Origin: Coleofasciculus sp. B1-GNL1-01
Lineage (GTDB): Bacteria > Cyanobacteriota > Cyanobacteriia > Cyanobacteriales > Coleofasciculaceae
Reading direction: 5' to 3' (one strand)
Length of the DNA: 64,000 nucleotides
Assembly (NCBI GenBank): GCA_040220235.1
Contig: JAVJTO010000123.1
Position numbers and translations under genes: made by a program. How positions within the stretch are numbered: position 1 is the stretch's first letter; each line of letters opens with the position of its first letter. The notes below the pieces were generated by a model. It was not told the DNA's origin and did not search any database. It saw nothing but the letters and a program-made list of their open reading frames with translations. Of the stretch, positions 59,764 through 64,000 are shown one piece after another.

Positions 59764-61668
59764 TTACCAGAACCACGCTTTTGCCACAGACCAAGTTAAT
59801 TCACAAACGGTTCCTTTGGGAGAATTAGGAAACCGCCGAAACGTTCCTCGCAGTTGTCGAGCCAGATTTTTTGCCTGCTGCGTTCCCCGACCTCGATATT
59901 GATCTAAGTTATCAGATAATGCGTCTAAACCTACCCCATTATCGATAATGCGAATAACATTCTTACCGTTTTCTTGAGTACAAATTACACTCAGACGAGT
60001 CACCCCAACAGCGTATTTCCCTACATTACACAACGCCTCTTCTAGAAATCGACACAACCCCCGCTTTTGGTCGAGGCTTAGATATCGACTTTCTAGAGGT
60101 TCAAATTTATTAATTTGAAGTTTAATGGTTTTAAAGCAAGGAAAATCACGAGTTATCGTATTATCGTAAACTTGATAGAGTATTTCATGAATTGGCGTCT
60201 GTAAATCTAATTCTAAATTACCGCCCAGATAAATATGTTCCCCTTGGGTTAACGTTTCTCGACGAACGGATTCATAGACTGTGCGAATCTCTTGGTTCAA
60301 CTGTTTAAGTTCAGACAACAACAGTTCAGAATATAAATGGTTTTCTTGAGCCGTGCTTAAAATCCTTGCCAGTCTTTGCAACGGTCCATTGTGGATGGTA
60401 TCAAATGTATGGTCAATAATAAATTGCCGCTCTTGCAGCCGTAACCGCAAATCCTGTTGATGTCGATAAAATAACCCAGCGGTGAGTCCAGCACCATTAA
60501 AAACAAGAGGAAGAATTGCCGGAATAAGGGGAATCCACCACCCTAAAATCAACCCGAAATAACAAATACCGATTAATCCCACACTAGCCATCCCCAATCC
60601 CATCAGAATCTTGAAAGGGGATTGAAATAGCCGACCCAGACTAATACCTAAAAACCCCCAGGCAAAAATCCACAAATATTCCCATCCATCTGACCAAACC
60701 TGCAAAAGGGGACGCCCATCCAGAACAGCACTAATAATTTGACTCACCGCATGAGCTTGAATTTCCGCCCCATAAACCAGTTTGGGGTTAACACCCGTAA
60801 TCGCCGCCGAATTTACGATATCCTTGACACTAGCAGCCGTTATCCCAACTAAGACAATGCGATCGCGAATCCAGTTGGGATCAACATGTCCACTTTTGAT
60901 ATCATTAAGTGAGATCACTCTAAACGGTTCTCGACCACCGCGAAAATTGAGCAAAATCTGATTTCCGCCAGCATCGGCTCTCACATATCCCCCAGAATTG
61001 GGTTGAAACCGAGTCAGTTCAGTGGAACCAAACCGGATAGCATTGGGGTCATGAATTCCCTGTTCTAGGGGAATTCCTTGACTAGATAAATAGGTTTGAG
61101 CCAGACGTAGCGTCAGAGACAATTTACGCTCTCCCTGGGGAGTAGAAATGCGAAGCAGGCTGCGTCTGAGATACCCATCTCTATCCAGAACCGCATCAGC
61201 AAATCCAGCTTGATCAGGGGGCAAATCGGGTGGTGGACTAACAGTAAACCCCTCGCGATCGCGCAACGCTTTCTCAATCGCAATTAAGTTTTTGCTCTCT
61301 CTAAATACTTCAACCAATTTAGCATGACCGGGCTCAACGGGTAAGTCTCTAAAGATATCAAGACCAATGACATTCGGCTGATAATTCTGCAATAGTCTCA
61401 GGAGTTCAGCAATATCTTGATCAGGAATAGGATACGTTCCTATCTGCTGGATATCTCCTTCATCAATCCCAACAATCACAATTCGTTCATCCATAGGTTC
61501 AGCTGGACGCAGCCGCAGAAAATTATCCAGCACCACCCATTCCAAAAATTGTAGCGAACCCGTCAGACGAGCCAGCATGACCAGTCCAATAATAATCAAT
61601 CCTGGCAAAGCCCCAACCCGCCAGATGGCAAGTTCCGCTTGAATGTTTCGCCAAAGGTTACGCTGCAC
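59764..61668 (-). CDS. CHASE2-domain sensor histidine kinase (HisKA_3-like)
   Basis: RIVIVGIDE, IGLDIFRD, GAEIQAHAVSQI; three TMs; H-box TIHNGPLQ; EEALCNVGKYA, IIDNGVG, GRGTQQA. Confidence 0.9.
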   Translation of the reverse strand: MQRNLWRNIQAELAIWRVGALPGLIIIGLVMLARLTGSLQFLEWVVLDNFLRLRPAEPMDERIVIVGIDEGDIQQIGTYPIPDQDIAELLRLLQNYQPNVIGLDIFRDLPVEPGHAKLVEVFRESKNLIAIEKALRDREGFTVSPPPDLPPDQAGFADAVLDRDGYLRRSLLRISTPQGERKLSLTLRLAQTYLSSQGIPLEQGIHDPNAIRFGSTELTRFQPNSGGYVRADAGGNQILLNFRGGREPFRVISLNDIKSGHVDPNWIRDRIVLVGITAASVKDIVNSAAITGVNPKLVYGAEIQAHAVSQIISAVLDGRPLLQVWSDGWEYLWIFAWGFLGISLGRLFQSPFKILMGLGMASVGLIGICYFGLILGWWIPLIPAILPLVFNGAGLTAGLFYRHQQDLRLRLQERQFIIDHTFDTIHNGPLQRLARILSTAQENHLYSELLLSELKQLNQEIRTVYESVRRETLTQGEHIYLGGNLELDLQTPIHEILYQVYDNTITRDFPCFKTIKLQINKFEPLESRYLSLDQKRGLCRFLEEALCNVGKYAVGVTRLSVICTQENGKNVIRIIDNGVGLDALSDNLDQYRGRGTQQAKNLARQLRGTFRRFPNSPKGTVCELTWSVAKAWFW

Positions 61669-61764
61669 AAGGAACAGGGAATAGGGAATTAGGGAGCATG
61701 TAGAGACGCGCCATGGCGCGTCTGGGGAGCAAATGACTAATGACTAATAACCAATGACCAATAA

Positions 61765-62448
61765 CTAATCAATTAAACCCTCCTCCTTAGCACGCATTTG
61801 GGTTTGAATCCGAATATTTTTCCCCGGTTCCGGATAAACGCCCAAAGCGTCTTGAACCTTCGTCCAATAATGACGCACAGTTCGTTCAGCAATATTCATC
61901 TGCTGAGCGATCGCTTTATCTTGTAATCCTTCTTGAAAGGCGAGGGTCAACAGTTCCAACCATTCCGGCTTAACTTCCAACCCCGTTCGCATCTCTCTGG
62001 GCGTGTAAACCACTCCCTGAAGCGCCCAATCAACCTTAGTTAACATTTCCTGGAGGGGCAGACTTTTGTCTACAATCGTAAAACCCCCTTCATGAGTCGA
62101 GATCGCAGGTTTGAGACGCACCAGTGAGCGGACATGAGCGCTTTGAACTACAATATTCAAGGTGGGATACTGCTCCATCAACGTTCTCACCAGTTGAATC
62201 CCTGTCTCCGTTCGCGCCATGTCTCCAGGTTGCTCTGGAATAGAAAGATCCAGAATCGCCAAATCAGGTTGAGCGCCCTCCACTTGTTGTTGAGCGCCTC
62301 GTGCGGTTTGAGCGGTGATCACATCGGCTTCTGGGTACTGCTTTGTCAGCATATTCACAGTTCCATCCAAGACAGCTTCGTGATCATCAACCACGAGAAT
62401 TTTTGACTTGACTAGCTTTGGTGATTTTAGACTCATATTCAAATCCAT
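61765..62448 (-). CDS. NarL/LuxR-type DNA-binding response regulator
   Basis: ILVVDDH, LAILDLSIP, C-terminal GLQDKAIAQQMNIAERTVRHY HTH; start may be 62436. Confidence 0.92.
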   Translation of the reverse strand: MDLNMSLKSPKLVKSKILVVDDHEAVLDGTVNMLTKQYPEADVITAQTARGAQQQVEGAQPDLAILDLSIPEQPGDMARTETGIQLVRTLMEQYPTLNIVVQSAHVRSLVRLKPAISTHEGGFTIVDKSLPLQEMLTKVDWALQGVVYTPREMRTGLEVKPEWLELLTLAFQEGLQDKAIAQQMNIAERTVRHYWTKVQDALGVYPEPGKNIRIQTQMRAKEEGLID

Positions 62449-63304
62449 CGCAGTCTAGGGTTAATTTTGGGAGCTGAGGTTGGGGTGATTGCCAACGGAA
62501 GTGCCACGTTACCATCAACTCCTTTCTCTTATAAAAGCACTGTCCGCCGGTGACAAAGTGAAAAGCTTCCTTAAGATAGTCCAAATCTTTGAGACTTGAT
62601 GGACAGACCACTGTTGATTCATTAGGATAAGAGAGTTGAACTCTAATATCACCGAACTTCCCCTGTTTCTGTAAGCGGACATGAATCGATAGTTGAGTGA
62701 ACACCTCTGAGGGAAGCATACCAATTTTTTCAGTCTGGCATTGTTGAAACCCTCTGAGTACGCCTTTGGTGTCGGTGTCGTTGCTCCAACGGGATGTACC
62801 TCCTTGAGATAACGTAATTCGCAGTAACTCATCTAAGGCGATTAAAATCACTCGAGAGCACTCAGGAGACTCATCCTGCCAATCCCCCGGCAGTTCCATC
62901 TGAATGTTAAGGTGAGGATTGTAAGTTTGCCACAGTTCGAGCAAGTACTGTACAGCTAGGGGTAAACTTTCCTCAACAAAAGGAGGCGATAGGCGATCGC
63001 TCAATTGTCCCAGAGAATGATGGAACTTTTCAATCCCCTTTAACCAGTCTCGGACATGCTCCAAAGAAATCTCATGACTATCTCCCAGCCATAACTCTAA
63101 GCTGCGACGCATCGCCAATGACTCTTGCAACAACCCATTACGAATTCGCTCAGTTTCGCAATACAGTTGAAACCCTCGCCTGCGTTCCCACCATCGCAAA
63201 GCTCGTCGCGCCCTAGAGTAGGATAGGAATAGTCCCACACAGATGAGTACACCAGCAATCGAAACTACGCTCTCTAAAACAATAAAATAGGAAACATTAA
63301 CCAT
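62387..63304 (-). CDS. Membrane-anchored degenerate histidine-kinase-like protein (pseudokinase)
   Basis: N-terminal TM; RIRNGLLQ aligns with the H-box TIHNGPLQ but lacks His; LSP..ESLPLAVQYLL and LIALDELL resemble HisKA_3/HATPase. Confidence 0.65.
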   Translation of the reverse strand: MVNVSYFIVLESVVSIAGVLICVGLFLSYSRARRALRWWERRRGFQLYCETERIRNGLLQESLAMRRSLELWLGDSHEISLEHVRDWLKGIEKFHHSLGQLSDRLSPPFVEESLPLAVQYLLELWQTYNPHLNIQMELPGDWQDESPECSRVILIALDELLRITLSQGGTSRWSNDTDTKGVLRGFQQCQTEKIGMLPSEVFTQLSIHVRLQKQGKFGDIRVQLSYPNESTVVCPSSLKDLDYLKEAFHFVTGGQCFYKRKELMVTWHFRWQSPQPQLPKLTLDCDGFEYESKITKASQVKNSRG

Positions 63305-63615
63305 TTGGGGATCATCAATTTGCTTGGATTAGTGGATTCAGACCCGAGTAGAGAGAACGCAGCACTGACTCCTCGCGTAAGCGGGATAGCAGGAACAAGA
63401 AGACGAAAAGCTTCACCTAATTGTATGCCAGTACGGTTAGCTGTACTTTTTGGCTTACAGCACATTGCTTAAGGCTTACAGCAGTTTTCAAGTTAGTAGA
63501 CTACAGACGATGATTGCGCCCAAAAACCAACCGATACAATTTTCTATTCCATAAACGTGAAAAGCGCTGTAAAAGCGTTTCAAGTCCATACTAGAAGTCT
63601 TAAAGCAGTCGCCCA

Positions 63616-63695
63616 TTACCGAAATTTACCAAATTGCTTGCCGTTTTTGGATTCATCTATGACACAATCCTGCCAATCCGTTTGCCGAAAACTGC
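63616..63695 (-). promoter_or_regulatory. 22-bp-phased operator array upstream of the pseudokinase-RR-CHASE2 operon
   Basis: TTACCGAAATTTAC (63616), TTGCCGTTTTTGGA (63638), TGACACAATCCTGC (63660), TTGCCGAAAACTGC (63682). Confidence 0.78.
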
Positions 63696-63749
63696 AAAAA
63701 ACACCATTTCGAGTGAAGAGGATTTAACCGCTCAGTATTTTCCTTCAAA

Positions 63750-64000
63750 CCCACACTCCGCACTTCAAAATGTAACATGACAGGTTACAGACACGTCTCC
63801 GAGAACACTAAGCATAAATACTCACTTTACTGAGGATTGATACCTTGAGATAATTAGCTAGTTAGCTGTAACTATTTAAAAGAGAGATTAACCTTGTCTA
63901 AATCAACAATAGAAGTCAAAAACCTAGACCATTTGGGGATTATAGCTGGATTAATTGATGAAATAGGAATAGTGGATATCATTAATGAAAAATTAGAAAT
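63750..64000 (+). mobile_element. Second IS1634-family copy: left end and transposase start (TTG at 63894), runs off the window
   Basis: CCCACACTCCGCACTTCAA inverted repeat; IEVKNLDHLGIIAGLIDEIG; DNA closely matches the reverse complement of ~8710-8963. Confidence 0.88.

Overview
Cyanobacterial DNA (frequent HIP1 GCGATCGC and heptameric STRR tracts suggest a filamentous species). Bases 1-7.3 kb are core-like: ndhP, a beta-CASP/MBL nuclease-like gene, aldose epimerase, tRNA-Lys and class II fba. The ~55-kb accessory block that follows lies between two copies of the same IS1634-family element. It holds two tandem multidomain caspase-like (C14) proteases, a two-partner secretion system (FhaC plus two full and one truncated FHA-like exoprotein), an NHLP-type three-gene peptide exporter with three double-glycine precursors carrying short aromatic cores, a PEP-CTERM trypsin, a membrane HEAT-STAND protein, an AraC regulator, a TPR-CHAT protease, DUF928, and a CHASE2 kinase / response regulator / His-less pseudokinase operon. 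The strongest unannotated signal is a conserved operator. It consists of half-sites related to TTGCCGAAAACTGC, phased every 22 bp and often at a fixed distance from a -10-like box, and occurs upstream of at least six to eight transcription units. It ties the exporter, protease, FHA, DUF928, AraC and two-component genes into one apparent regulon, possibly a peptide-signalling or surface-adhesion circuit. All alignments were done by eye.
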